A stretch of 32,000 nt of DNA, taken from Candidatus Babelota bacterium. Lineage in GTDB: Bacteria > Babelota > Babeliae > Babelales > Vermiphilaceae. The notes under the pieces are model-generated. The model did not search any database. It saw only the letters and a program-made list of their open reading frames with translations, and was not told where the DNA came from. Below, one piece after another: positions 8,170-18,033 of this stretch. Location of the stretch: contig JBDHVY010000001.1 in NCBI GenBank assembly GCA_039809905.1, positions 30,001-62,000 on the forward strand, in the 5' to 3' direction. Within the stretch, counting starts at the first letter, position 1. Each line of letters begins with the position of its first letter. Position numbers and translations under genes: made by a program.

Positions 8170-10893
8170 ATGAAATGCAGAAGCACCATCCAATCGCTTT
8201 TTATATCTTTCATTCTTTCTTTTGGCGTCATTATTCATCCTGAAACAAACATTCCTGAAAAAAACACTCCTAGTGCCGCTGAGCAAGAACAAATAGCTCA
8301 ATTACTACAATTTGCAGAAAGTGCTTTAGTAAAAGCATTCAGTGCTTTACAAACAATTGAAAACAAATTGACAGAAATAGCCCTTTTGGTAAAAAAAGGG
8401 TCATTCAGTAAATATGGTGATAGCAGTTCAAAAATAATGGCCGTATTGACTGATAATAAAGCAACGGTAAACGCTTTATTGCAAAACCAAGCCAGCATCA
8501 TGTCTCTGCAAGACCCAATGAAATATTTAGAAGCCGCGTTTGTTGTTTCAGAATTTTGTAATGCTTTCATTCCTTATTTGGACCAACAAATACATAACAG
8601 CTTTAAAAACACAAAGCCTTTTGATTTCAAGGGCTTCTTAAAAAGAATACAGCACAAAACAACGAGCAGAAGCAGAGTCAATCATCTAGAACCAGCATCA
8701 TTGGACAAACAACTTAATGTCACACGCACACACCTGAAAAAACTTGATATTACTGTTCAGGAAATAGGCCTGACATGGTACAATAAAGCTGCTCGTAAAG
8801 TTGATAAATATATTGTAACTCCTGCGAATAAATATCATTTACCCACAATCGGTCTTTATACTGCTGGTCTTGGCATTATTGGCTTATATACATTGTGGCA
8901 TAATGGACATTTATTACTCGATGAAAATGCTGAGCAACTCATAAAATCAAAGATTCCGAATCCTCAGGGTTCACCAAAATCACCTGTCACGGCTCCTAAG
9001 CCATCAATAAAATCGAATGCTTCTGGTAAAACTGGTTCTGATGCACCAATATGGCTCAAAAGCTTTATCGTTAACTGGCTCGGTTATGCAAATGGTAAAG
9101 GCCCCATTATTCGCGATCATATGACTGGTAGATATCGTGTATTTAAGTTAGAAGATCTCAAAGATAAAAAGTCTGAAATAGGCGGCGCCCACAATCAAGA
9201 TACTGATTTAACAAAAATACCAAGCGATGCTTGCATGCTCGCAACTGCTGATCATATTGTTACAGGACTTATGAGTAATGCTAACCCATTAGCAGCATTG
9301 GCTGCTGGTTATATGTTAAAATCTTTCTATGAAACATGGAAAGAGAGTATATGGCCAGAAGTTATCAAAAGAAGAACTAAAGTCTGGAATATGCTTCGTG
9401 GAGGAGAATATCTTAATACATACACGCCAGGACTTGCTCAAATTAAACCTACGGTAAGCTTTAAGGATATGGTTGGTCTTGATGAGGTTAAAAAGCAATT
9501 CTATTCAATCATCCAATATATTGATAATCCTGAACAATTAATGCGTATTGAAGCAACTCCAGAAAAAGGATGGTTGCTCAGTGGTCCTTCTCGTACTGGT
9601 AAAACATTCAGTGTTGAATGCCTGTGCGGAGAAATAGAGTTGCTCATGGAAAAACGTGGTATGGCGAACAAGATAAAATTCTTCAACATTGATGCTGCTT
9701 TAGTTAATAAATTTGGAATTCAGGCAATTCTCAATGAAGTACGGGAAAATGCACCAGCTGTTATATTCCTTGATGAAATTGATTTACTTGGATTACAGCG
9801 TGTAGGTAATAATGCTCTACTCAGCGAATTCCTTACTTCAATGCAAAGCTCTATGAATGGAGATCCATCAAAAGTGGTTATCGTTATTGCTGCCACTAAC
9901 AAACCTCATCACCTTGATGATGCACTCCGCCAAAATGGTCGTTTTGGTAAAGAAATAAACTTTGAATATCCTGCAAGAAAGTATCGCGTTGAGTTCATTA
10001 AACGAGAGTTAGCTAACATGGCTCTTAATATTAATGATTTTGATGCAGAAAGTCTCGCTGATAAAACAAATAACAAGACGTTTGAAGATCTTAAAGCTGT
10101 TATTCGTAATGCTATGACGCGTTCATGGATGAATGGAGTATCACTCACACAAGAATTACTTGAAGACAGTATTGATACTGAAATTCGCCATATCATCACC
10201 ACTGAACGCAAAGAACTCCCGGAACAAGAAAAACGTCTTATTGCTGTACACTTTGCAGGAAGAGCTCTTGCGGCAATGAATCTTGAAACACATGAACAAT
10301 TTGATAAAGTAACCATTTTTGCACGTATGACTGAAATACAAGAACAAGGCGTATGGGACAACTATGCAAAAAATGATGGTACCAATAATAAAAAAGAACA
10401 TGAAAAGAGAATTCAGCACGGTGCATTGTTAACAAAACAATCACATGATACTATTAATGTCAAAAATGCAACAACCGTTATAAATGATGCAACGGTTCTT
10501 ATTGCAGGATTTGAGGCTGAAAAACTTTTACTTGGAGAATGCGGATATACATTCCATGAGGATGATCGAAACCTTGCATACCAATTCTTGGAAAAACTAG
10601 TATTCGGTGGTCTTAAAAAAGAAAATTTGGCTAAAAATGTTTGTGAAGAACTTAAGGCAAAAGTTTCGGCATTACTGACAGAGTGTCATGAGAAAGCTAT
10701 GATTATTCTCAAAGAACATGAAGATACTCTCAATGCAATTGCTCAAGAACTCATGGTAAAAAAAACATTGAATAAAAAAGATATTGAAAACATCATTGAA
10801 AAAGTAAAAAACCCAATAATAGAAACAACAAATGATATTGTTGAGGCACCTGCAGAAACACCATCTGAAGATGCAGAAGCTGCAATAGCTTAA
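8170..10893 (+). CDS. Membrane AAA+ ATPase with FtsH-like architecture and degenerate M41 peptidase domain
   Basis: N-terminal hydrophobic segment, second TM-like segment (TIGLYTAGLGIIGLYTLW), Walker A GPSRTGKT (9583-9606), Walker B AVIFLDEID (about 9757-9783), ATNKPHHLDDALRQNGRFGKEI, C-terminal EKRLIAVHFAGRALAA in the position of FtsH HEAGH. Confidence 0.85.
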   Translation: MKCRSTIQSLFISFILSFGVIIHPETNIPEKNTPSAAEQEQIAQLLQFAESALVKAFSALQTIENKLTEIALLVKKGSFSKYGDSSSKIMAVLTDNKATVNALLQNQASIMSLQDPMKYLEAAFVVSEFCNAFIPYLDQQIHNSFKNTKPFDFKGFLKRIQHKTTSRSRVNHLEPASLDKQLNVTRTHLKKLDITVQEIGLTWYNKAARKVDKYIVTPANKYHLPTIGLYTAGLGIIGLYTLWHNGHLLLDENAEQLIKSKIPNPQGSPKSPVTAPKPSIKSNASGKTGSDAPIWLKSFIVNWLGYANGKGPIIRDHMTGRYRVFKLEDLKDKKSEIGGAHNQDTDLTKIPSDACMLATADHIVTGLMSNANPLAALAAGYMLKSFYETWKESIWPEVIKRRTKVWNMLRGGEYLNTYTPGLAQIKPTVSFKDMVGLDEVKKQFYSIIQYIDNPEQLMRIEATPEKGWLLSGPSRTGKTFSVECLCGEIELLMEKRGMANKIKFFNIDAALVNKFGIQAILNEVRENAPAVIFLDEIDLLGLQRVGNNALLSEFLTSMQSSMNGDPSKVVIVIAATNKPHHLDDALRQNGRFGKEINFEYPARKYRVEFIKRELANMALNINDFDAESLADKTNNKTFEDLKAVIRNAMTRSWMNGVSLTQELLEDSIDTEIRHIITTERKELPEQEKRLIAVHFAGRALAAMNLETHEQFDKVTIFARMTEIQEQGVWDNYAKNDGTNNKKEHEKRIQHGALLTKQSHDTINVKNATTVINDATVLIAGFEAEKLLLGECGYTFHEDDRNLAYQFLEKLVFGGLKKENLAKNVCEELKAKVSALLTECHEKAMIILKEHEDTLNAIAQELMVKKTLNKKDIENIIEKVKNPIIETTNDIVEAPAETPSEDAEAAIA

Positions 10894-10904
10894 AAAGAGA
10901 TATT

Positions 10905-10951
10905 AAAAAATAAAAGTAGCCTTGAATTTTTCAAGGCTACTTTTATTTTTT
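10905..10951. terminator. Intrinsic terminator between convergent genes
   Basis: 21-nt inverted repeat aaaaaataaaagtagccttga / tcaaggctacttttatttttt. Confidence 0.9.
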
Positions 10952-10961
10952 AATACCCAAC

Positions 10962-11384
10962 TTATTTATCAATCATTGCAATCCGCTGTGCATATCGCCC
11001 ACCTTTAAATTCCTGCGCAAGCCAAGATTCAATCATATTCACTGCGTCAGCATACGAAACAAAATCACAAGGAAGTGCCAAAACATTGGTATTATCTTCT
11101 TGTTTGCATCTCATAGCAATATCTGCATTCCAGACAACAGCTGCATATATATTTCTGTGACGATTAGCAGCAATTGCCATACCAGTTCCCGTACCACACA
11201 ACAGCACTCCATTGTGCACACTGCCAGAATTGATTAATTCAACAACTTTATCAGAGAAAAGAGGATAATCGGTGCGCTCTTCATTATCTGTACCAACATC
11301 TATCCAGGTAATATTTGGCATATGCTGTTCAATATATTTTTTATGTAAAAATCCACGATGATCAGCACCAATAGCAATTTTCAT
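10962..11384 (-). CDS. rpiB: Ribose-5-phosphate isomerase B (RpiB/LacAB family); true start likely 11384 (MKIAIGADHRG)
   Basis: MKIAIGADHRGF; VLLCGTGTGMAIAANRH; NVLALP. Confidence 0.9.
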   Translation of the reverse strand: MKIAIGADHRGFLHKKYIEQHMPNITWIDVGTDNEERTDYPLFSDKVVELINSGSVHNGVLLCGTGTGMAIAANRHRNIYAAVVWNADIAMRCKQEDNTNVLALPCDFVSYADAVNMIESWLAQEFKGGRYAQRIAMIDK

Positions 11385-11394
11385 AGAGACCTCA

Positions 11395-12021
11395 TTATTG
11401 CTTAGTATTCCACATAAATACAGCTTCCGACTTAAGCGATCTCCCATACAACGTAATATTTTTTGTTTCAGGAGTAACCAAGAATTGGTCATTAATATCT
11501 TTTGCATCAAATTTTATACTATAAGGTACTTTAAAGCGATTATATTTTTTACCAAAAATATGAATATATTCTGGCGAAATATCGATTGCTTTAATTTCAA
11601 TAGGCGCATAATTTTTATCATCAATACGCAAGAAGAATGTCCATTCACTATCAGAATTTCCCAACGGATGTTCGTAAGTAGTTAACACATAAAATGTTAT
11701 GAAATGATTATTCTCTTCAAGTTGACGTCGTAAGAAAACTTTTTTTTGTTCCTCTGTTTTTCCAAATTTTAATGTATACAGATGAGCATAATTAACCCGC
11801 ACATCATCTGATAACCATAGTACATCAAAACGAGCACGCGTAGTTAATTGGTCATATGTCGTAACTGAACGAATATACTGCTGAGCTTGAGTAATATCAC
11901 TATCGACAGTTGGAGCTTGTATAAAAGTTCTTTCTCCCCAATCAATAATTCTTCCACAACCAGATAAAAATAACACACCAACACAAAGAGAGAGCGTACG
12001 AATTTTCATTAATACTTTCAT
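11395..12021 (-). CDS. Putative lipoprotein of unknown function
   Basis: Lipobox-type N-terminus LCVGVLFLSGCGR; ends 10 nt before the rpiB start, same strand. Confidence 0.75.
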   Translation of the reverse strand: MKVLMKIRTLSLCVGVLFLSGCGRIIDWGERTFIQAPTVDSDITQAQQYIRSVTTYDQLTTRARFDVLWLSDDVRVNYAHLYTLKFGKTEEQKKVFLRRQLEENNHFITFYVLTTYEHPLGNSDSEWTFFLRIDDKNYAPIEIKAIDISPEYIHIFGKKYNRFKVPYSIKFDAKDINDQFLVTPETKNITLYGRSLKSEAVFMWNTKQ

Positions 12022-12106
12022 ATTTTCCTTTTCATTTGTAACCTTTAGTGTTACTAGTTATCCTAATTAAAACAATAATTCTTTACAAGAGCCAAGGCAG
12101 GAAACA

Positions 12107-13339
12107 ATGAATACAACGCCCTTTTTTTTAGCTCACCGTATGTTGTTCGCTCACGTATATCAAAAAAGTATTTCAACAATGACCATCATTTGTTTTGTAG
12201 GTATATTTATTGGTTCCTTTTCTCTTGCACTTATCACTGCCATTATGAATGGCTTTGAGGCTACTATTTATCAAAAAATGCAGGGAATTCACTCACAAGT
12301 AATCATACAGTCATATAATAATGATATTAACCTTGATGTACTTACTTCTGTTCTGACAAAAGAATTTCCTCAAGTTATCGCTTGTTCTCCCATGGCTACT
12401 CATCATGTTTTATTGCGCACACAAGATTCATCAGACGAAATGCCAATAGTAGCAATGATCAAAGGAATTGATCCATATAAAGAACATTTAACCAGCTCTT
12501 TACCTCAGAAAATCACGCAATCCATTTCATCAGAGTTTTCTCAACTCTTTGCTAAAAATCATATTATTATCGGTAAAGAATTGGCACGTAACAATCAAAT
12601 TACTGTCGGCGACACGATAGATCTTCTTTATATACAAGATCAAAGAACATATCGCAATAAAGTTACTTTTGAATCACAACCTGCTATGGTAAGTGGCATT
12701 TTTGATACAGGAATTGATGAATTTGATAGCGGTGTTGTATATTGTTCTCTTACATTTTTAGAAGAACTATACCCAAACATGCACATAGAGCAAATCAATG
12801 TTGCACTTGCATCGCGCACAAATGAAGAAATCATTATACAATCATTACGAAACCGACTCGGTCTTGAAGTATATTCCTGGAAAGATTTATATCCATCTCT
12901 TGTTGCGAGTTTAAAACTCGAAAAATATGTTTCATTTTTTATTCTTGCATTAATTGTTCTTGTTGCAAGCATGAATATTATTTCTCTTCTGTTTATGCAA
13001 ATTACTCAAAAAAAACCTATAATTGCTTTACTCAAGGCAATGGGTATGTCTCACCAAGCAATTAGCGCTATTTTTTTCATTATGGGAATGGCTATCAGTT
13101 CCGGCGCATCTTTGTGTGGTCTTGGCGCTGCATTAGTTGCTAGTTGGGTACTGAAAAAATATCCTTTTATTACACTGCCGGATAGCTATTACGTTACACA
13201 TCTGCCTGTTGCAATGAGTTGGTCTATTATATGTATTGTTTTTTGTGTTGTTGTTATGTTTAGTTTATGTGCAACATGGTTACCAATACAAAGAATACGT
13301 TCTATCAATATTTCTCAGGTCCTACGATTTGAAGGATAA
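12107..13339 (+). CDS. ABC transporter permease, LolC/LolE (FtsX-like) family
   Basis: FLAHRMLFA...MTIICFVGIFIGSFSLALITAIMNGFE N-terminus; four TM segments with large extracytoplasmic region; VLVASMNIISLLFMQITQKKPIIALLKAMGMS. Confidence 0.85.
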   Translation: MNTTPFFLAHRMLFAHVYQKSISTMTIICFVGIFIGSFSLALITAIMNGFEATIYQKMQGIHSQVIIQSYNNDINLDVLTSVLTKEFPQVIACSPMATHHVLLRTQDSSDEMPIVAMIKGIDPYKEHLTSSLPQKITQSISSEFSQLFAKNHIIIGKELARNNQITVGDTIDLLYIQDQRTYRNKVTFESQPAMVSGIFDTGIDEFDSGVVYCSLTFLEELYPNMHIEQINVALASRTNEEIIIQSLRNRLGLEVYSWKDLYPSLVASLKLEKYVSFFILALIVLVASMNIISLLFMQITQKKPIIALLKAMGMSHQAISAIFFIMGMAISSGASLCGLGAALVASWVLKKYPFITLPDSYYVTHLPVAMSWSIICIVFCVVVMFSLCATWLPIQRIRSINISQVLRFEG

Positions 13340-13341
13340 AA

Positions 13342-14511
13342 ATGATTCATCAAAAATTATCGTCATGGCACATGCTCAATAAACGTATTTTTGTTCGTGC
13401 AGATTTAAACGTACCAATCTCACAAGGGAATATCACCAATGATTTTCGCTTACAAAGTATCATGCCTACCTTAGATTTTATTATTGAACATAAAGGCAGC
13501 ATTGTTTTAGCAACACATCTGGGGCGGCCAAAAAATAAAAATCCGGAATTTTCTACAAAAATACTCATTCCTTGGTTTGAAAAACATGGATACACTATAC
13601 GTTTTATTGAAGATTTTACAAAAATTACATCCGAAAAAATCGTTCCAAAAGAAATTCTTTTATTAGAAAATCTCCGCTTTTTTCCTGAAGAAAAAAATGG
13701 AGATCCTTTATTTGCAAAACAACTTGCACATACTGCGCAATATTATGTTAATGATGCTTTTGGAGTATTACACGAATATGATTGTTCAGTCACTTTACTC
13801 CCTTATGAATTTCCTGAAAACAAGCGTAGTATTGGATTTTTAATAGAAAAAGAATTGTCAGTATTGGCTCAACTGAAAGAACATCCGCAACAACCATTTA
13901 TTGCCATCCTTGGGGGAGAGAAAATCAAAGACAAAATTCCGCTGATGAAACATTTACTTTCCAAAGTTGAATCTCTCATCATTTGTCCAGCTCTTTGTTT
14001 TTCATTTCTTGCTGCACGCAAGCAAACCGTAGGAAAATCTCTTGTTGATACTACAATGATTCCAACCTGCAAAGAAATAATGCTTCAGGCAGAAAATTCC
14101 AATATTCCCTGCATATTTCCTGTTGATTATCAAGTTGCATACAATTCTATTGATGGACCATTAGATATAGTTGATGGACAAAAAATTCCTGATAATGCCA
14201 TTGGCATTTCCGTTGGACCTAAAACTGTTGCCAATATTACCGAAATAATTAATCATGCAAAAACAATTTTTCTCAATTGCGCGATGGGATTTTCAGAAAG
14301 ACCAGAAACACAAGAAAGCACTATCGCTATCATCAACGCAATGGCACAATCATCTGCTATAACAATTATTGCCGGTGGAGATTCTGTTGATAGTGCTTTT
14401 CATGCAAAATATTACTCACAAATTGATCATCTCTCGACTGGCGGAGGAGCAGCACTTGCATATTTAAGTGATACAGTATTACCAGGATTAAATCCATTTG
14501 AAGAAAAATAA
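13342..14511 (+). CDS. pgk: Phosphoglycerate kinase
   Basis: KRIFVRADLNVPIS, LATHLGRPKN, YYVNDAFGVLHE, AILGGEKIKDKI, TIIAGGDSV; starts 2 nt after the upstream stop. Confidence 0.97.
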   Translation: MIHQKLSSWHMLNKRIFVRADLNVPISQGNITNDFRLQSIMPTLDFIIEHKGSIVLATHLGRPKNKNPEFSTKILIPWFEKHGYTIRFIEDFTKITSEKIVPKEILLLENLRFFPEEKNGDPLFAKQLAHTAQYYVNDAFGVLHEYDCSVTLLPYEFPENKRSIGFLIEKELSVLAQLKEHPQQPFIAILGGEKIKDKIPLMKHLLSKVESLIICPALCFSFLAARKQTVGKSLVDTTMIPTCKEIMLQAENSNIPCIFPVDYQVAYNSIDGPLDIVDGQKIPDNAIGISVGPKTVANITEIINHAKTIFLNCAMGFSERPETQESTIAIINAMAQSSAITIIAGGDSVDSAFHAKYYSQIDHLSTGGGAALAYLSDTVLPGLNPFEEK

Positions 14512-14514
14512 AAC

Positions 14515-15051
14515 TTAATATACTGGACAAAAACTCAACAAACAGAGCCCATCAACCATAATTTCTTCATGAGGATGTTCTTCATCAGGAGAACTATTTT
14601 TCTCACAAACCAAAAAGCCATGATTATCATGCTTTAAGTCCCATGCATAAAAACCATAATCATTTAAACCAAGCTTTTCTGCAATCGTTTCAGCCATTTC
14701 CTCATGTGAATGACCACGATTTTTACGGCTTTCATAATTAAAAGAACGGACTTTTTGATTAAATGAAGATTGAGCAACTTTTTCTATAAATTGATCTGGA
14801 TTAGTCCAAATGTTTTCAAATCCCTGCAATTCTTCTCCAGAAATTCCCACAATACCTTTTAAACAATTGAATGCAGGATTATCTATGAAATATGCTGCTT
14901 TTGGTATATTAAAATAATCTTTACTACACAATTCATGCAATACAAAATCGGTTATATTGTCACGACCATGTAACTGCAACATTTTTCTGGGCAAACGTCG
15001 CAGATTATCAACAATTTGAGCATGTCGATACATCATCATCTCGGGCTTCAT
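14515..15051 (-). CDS. Hypothetical protein, His-rich near middle and C-terminus
   Basis: Complete 178-aa ORF in a slot with no better overlapping candidate. Confidence 0.5.
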   Translation of the reverse strand: MKPEMMMYRHAQIVDNLRRLPRKMLQLHGRDNITDFVLHELCSKDYFNIPKAAYFIDNPAFNCLKGIVGISGEELQGFENIWTNPDQFIEKVAQSSFNQKVRSFNYESRKNRGHSHEEMAETIAEKLGLNDYGFYAWDLKHDNHGFLVCEKNSSPDEEHPHEEIMVDGLCLLSFCPVY

Positions 15052-15332
15052 AACTACTCCTTCTGATCACCATCCTACTACTCTCTTGATCAACATACCC
15101 CACCTTACCCTTAACTGCAACTACTCTCAAAAGCCTTTTATTTCATTCTATCATGTCTTATTTTTTCAAAGCAATACTTGCACAACCACAATAAAATTTA
15201 ATATCTGAATTAAATTATTAAGCGTTTGCGCCTTTATGTTTTCAGATATGGAGTAAACCACCTGATTGACTGGAGGAAATTTATCTTTATGGTATACTAA
15301 AAAGTAATATTTAAATCGAAATAGGACATAGA

Positions 15333-16403
15333 GTGATGCATAAGCAAAAAATGGCACTTGTAATTTTAATGTTTTTTGCCACCTTTTTCCCAGTAACAGC
15401 ACGAACTCCTTTTAGAAAAAAAGATAAAGATGAGTCACGAGTTACTGCTGGGTGGTTAGGCTTTAAAACCGGCATATCTCGAACAAGCAGAGCTTTTACA
15501 AAATCAATGTTTAGCATATTTAACCGTGATTATTTTTATAGTCATCTTTTTCCAAAAAAATATGTGAAAGATGCTCATCATGATAATACATTCATTGATT
15601 GTATTGCTATTAACAAGTGTATTGAAAAATTGTTGAAAGAAATAAAAAAACAAAAAAAAGAATATACCGATTTTGAAATTTTAAAAGATAAAAATTTTAA
15701 CCGTCATAAAAAATGTGGTTTATTAATTTTAAAATTTAAAAATTATCCGTTTGTCCTTAAACTTTTTATGGAAACACCAAAAACATTTATCGATCCTTAT
15801 TGCAAGGGCCCCGATAATCAATTCTTTTTTTACATGTCTGGCGGAATGAATAGACATATTGCAGGATTAACGCGCGTAAGAAATTTAGAGCTGGTAAAAA
15901 ATCAAATAGAACAAAATGATCGCTGGAAAAATAACGTTATCATGCCTCGTAAATGGTATTGGATACCAAAAAAACCTCGTTGGATGGAAATCAAAGGATA
16001 TAACATTGGTAACGAAAAAGAGATATCTACCTTAATGCCAAGCACGTACGCTATTATTGCCGATATGCTTGATACTAAAGAAGATGCCCCTTTATTATCA
16101 GTACAAAAGAGAAGTGAGCTTGTAATGCAACTGTGTATGGATTTACAACTTTTTGTTGATCCGCATGGTGATAATTTTGTGGTTAAACATAATAAAGAAA
16201 CAAACGAATATAATATAAGCATTGTCGATACAGAACATTTTCCTTCTCTTGTTGGTCTTAAAGAACAACCGTTTTTTAACAATCATCTTGAATATTATGT
16301 CTATCTTGGAGCAAAATACTTCAAAGATGCATTCTTGCAAACAAAACTTGATCGTCGAGAAGCTCAAAATTATATAAGTCCTTGTGAATTACAATGGCAA
16401 TAA
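15333..16403 (+). CDS. Secreted protein with kinase-like catalytic signature
   Basis: Signal-like MALVILMFFATFFPVTA; FVLKLF (putative beta-3 Lys); LFVDPHGDNFVV (16158-16175 for DPHGDN) then SIVDTEHF. Confidence 0.5.
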   Translation: MMHKQKMALVILMFFATFFPVTARTPFRKKDKDESRVTAGWLGFKTGISRTSRAFTKSMFSIFNRDYFYSHLFPKKYVKDAHHDNTFIDCIAINKCIEKLLKEIKKQKKEYTDFEILKDKNFNRHKKCGLLILKFKNYPFVLKLFMETPKTFIDPYCKGPDNQFFFYMSGGMNRHIAGLTRVRNLELVKNQIEQNDRWKNNVIMPRKWYWIPKKPRWMEIKGYNIGNEKEISTLMPSTYAIIADMLDTKEDAPLLSVQKRSELVMQLCMDLQLFVDPHGDNFVVKHNKETNEYNISIVDTEHFPSLVGLKEQPFFNNHLEYYVYLGAKYFKDAFLQTKLDRREAQNYISPCELQWQ

Positions 16404-16428
16404 AAATAAGATTGCGCAAAACATTAAA

Positions 16429-16458
16429 AAAACACCCAGCTGGTAAGCTGGGTGTTTT
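16429..16458. terminator. Intrinsic terminator between convergent genes (touches dnaA stop)
   Basis: 12-nt inverted repeat aaaacacccagc / gctgggtgtttt. Confidence 0.85.
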
Positions 16459-17878
16459 ATATATTTAATTCTTTTTCTATGGCACTCAATTGACGTTGTA
16501 ATTTTACATCCGCACCTATGTGTTGTTCTATTTTAGAAATAGCATGTTTTACTGTTGTATGATTACGATCACCCAAATATGCCCCAATTTCCCTTAATGA
16601 ACGCTCAGTATTTTTTTTCATTATATACATGGTAACTTGACGAGCAAAGGCCAATTCTTTATTTCTGTTTTCTGAACGTAATTCTTCTAAAGAATAAGGG
16701 AAATGCTTTGATATTGCTTTTATAACTGCTTTAAAGTCCACTGTTTCCTTAGTTGCACATTCATCATGCAAAAATACTTTTTTCACCAAAGCAAGAGTAA
16801 TTGGTTCTTGTGTTAATTGTGCAAATGCTATCACACGAATCAATGCTCCCTCTAATTCTCTGATATTAGAAGTAACATGAGATGCAAGGAAATGAGCTAC
16901 TTCATCATTAAGAACTTGACCATTTGCTTCGGCTTTTCCCTTAAGAATAGCCATTTTAACTTCGATACAAGGTTGATGAATATCGGCTATCATGCCTGAT
17001 GCTAAACGCGATCGTAATCGGTCAGCAATTCCATTCATATTTTGTGGAAATGTATCGCTTGAAAATACCAATTGTTTACGCGCATCATACAGTGAATTAA
17101 AAATATGAAAAAATGCTTCCTGCGTTGTATCTTTGTTTGAAATAAATTGAATATCATCAATCAAGAGAACATCCACCAACTGATATTTTTTTTGAAATCT
17201 ATCTATTTTATCAAAGCGAATTGCATTAATAAATTCTTGTACAAATCGATCTGCTGTTTGATACAAAACAAGAGCTTTTTTATTATGTGATTGAATGGCA
17301 TTGCCAATAGCATGCAATAAATGAGTTTTACCCAGGCCTGATCCTCCATAAATAAACAATGGATTATATAAATCGCCTGGCTTTTGAGCAACAGCAGATG
17401 CTGCTGCATACGCAAGAGAATTTGTTGGACCAACTACAAAAGTATCAAACTCATATTTTTTGTTGATATGACCATATTGTTCTGCACGCTGCTGCCCCAC
17501 TAAATCATTTCTTTTCGAAACAAATGGAATAACGTGAGCTGGACGATATGTTTTTATTGATGTTTTTTTTGGTTCATTCAACGTAACTTGCATTAAACCA
17601 TTATTTATCTCATGACTATCATGCTGCTTTGAAGAATGCGTTATAAATACAACTTTGGGATCAGGAACATTAAGTAATCGTGCCAAATGTATTTGAAAAA
17701 TGGTCCTATAATTTTTTTCAAGCCAATTACAAACAAATGCATTTGGAGTTTGTAAATAAATTACTTTTTCCATAGCATCCCATTTTGTCATAGAAACAGC
17801 TTTGAACCATGTTTCAACAACACGGCTACCCAACTCTTCTCGTACAATCTTTAAAAAATCTTCCCAAATGAAATGCAT
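16457..17878 (-). CDS. dnaA: Chromosomal replication initiator DnaA; likely start at 17878 (MHFIWEDFLKIVREEL), ORF open to 17944
   Basis: Walker A GGSGLGKTHLLHAIGN, LLIDDIQFI, C-terminal domain IV DnaA signature GAYLGDRNHTTVKHAISKI. Confidence 0.98.
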   Translation of the reverse strand: MHFIWEDFLKIVREELGSRVVETWFKAVSMTKWDAMEKVIYLQTPNAFVCNWLEKNYRTIFQIHLARLLNVPDPKVVFITHSSKQHDSHEINNGLMQVTLNEPKKTSIKTYRPAHVIPFVSKRNDLVGQQRAEQYGHINKKYEFDTFVVGPTNSLAYAAASAVAQKPGDLYNPLFIYGGSGLGKTHLLHAIGNAIQSHNKKALVLYQTADRFVQEFINAIRFDKIDRFQKKYQLVDVLLIDDIQFISNKDTTQEAFFHIFNSLYDARKQLVFSSDTFPQNMNGIADRLRSRLASGMIADIHQPCIEVKMAILKGKAEANGQVLNDEVAHFLASHVTSNIRELEGALIRVIAFAQLTQEPITLALVKKVFLHDECATKETVDFKAVIKAISKHFPYSLEELRSENRNKELAFARQVTMYIMKKNTERSLREIGAYLGDRNHTTVKHAISKIEQHIGADVKLQRQLSAIEKELNI

Positions 17879-18033
17879 CACAATAAAACCACCCCAAGAA
17901 CAACAGTATAAATTTTTCCATATATATTCATTATGGACACCCAATTACCATGACTATGTAAACTGGGCTAGAATTGTATCGTACCAGCTTTTTGCGTCAT
18001 CAACAATAAAAAACAAAAAAATATGAAAAAAGA

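Noticed and set aside
8298-10444. Multiple short antisense ORFs inside the AAA gene
   Set aside because: They overlap a long, motif-supported coding sequence and have no motifs of their own.
15052-15332. Intergenic region checked for tRNA or small RNA
   Set aside because: No GGTTCRAATCC-type T-loop or convincing cloverleaf; only AT-rich sequence, so no RNA gene is called.
17879-18033. Possible oriC next to dnaA
   Set aside because: By eye I found no cluster of TTATNCACA-type DnaA boxes in the short gap upstream of dnaA, and no dnaN, recF or rpmH next to it; GC-skew analysis of the whole chromosome would be needed.
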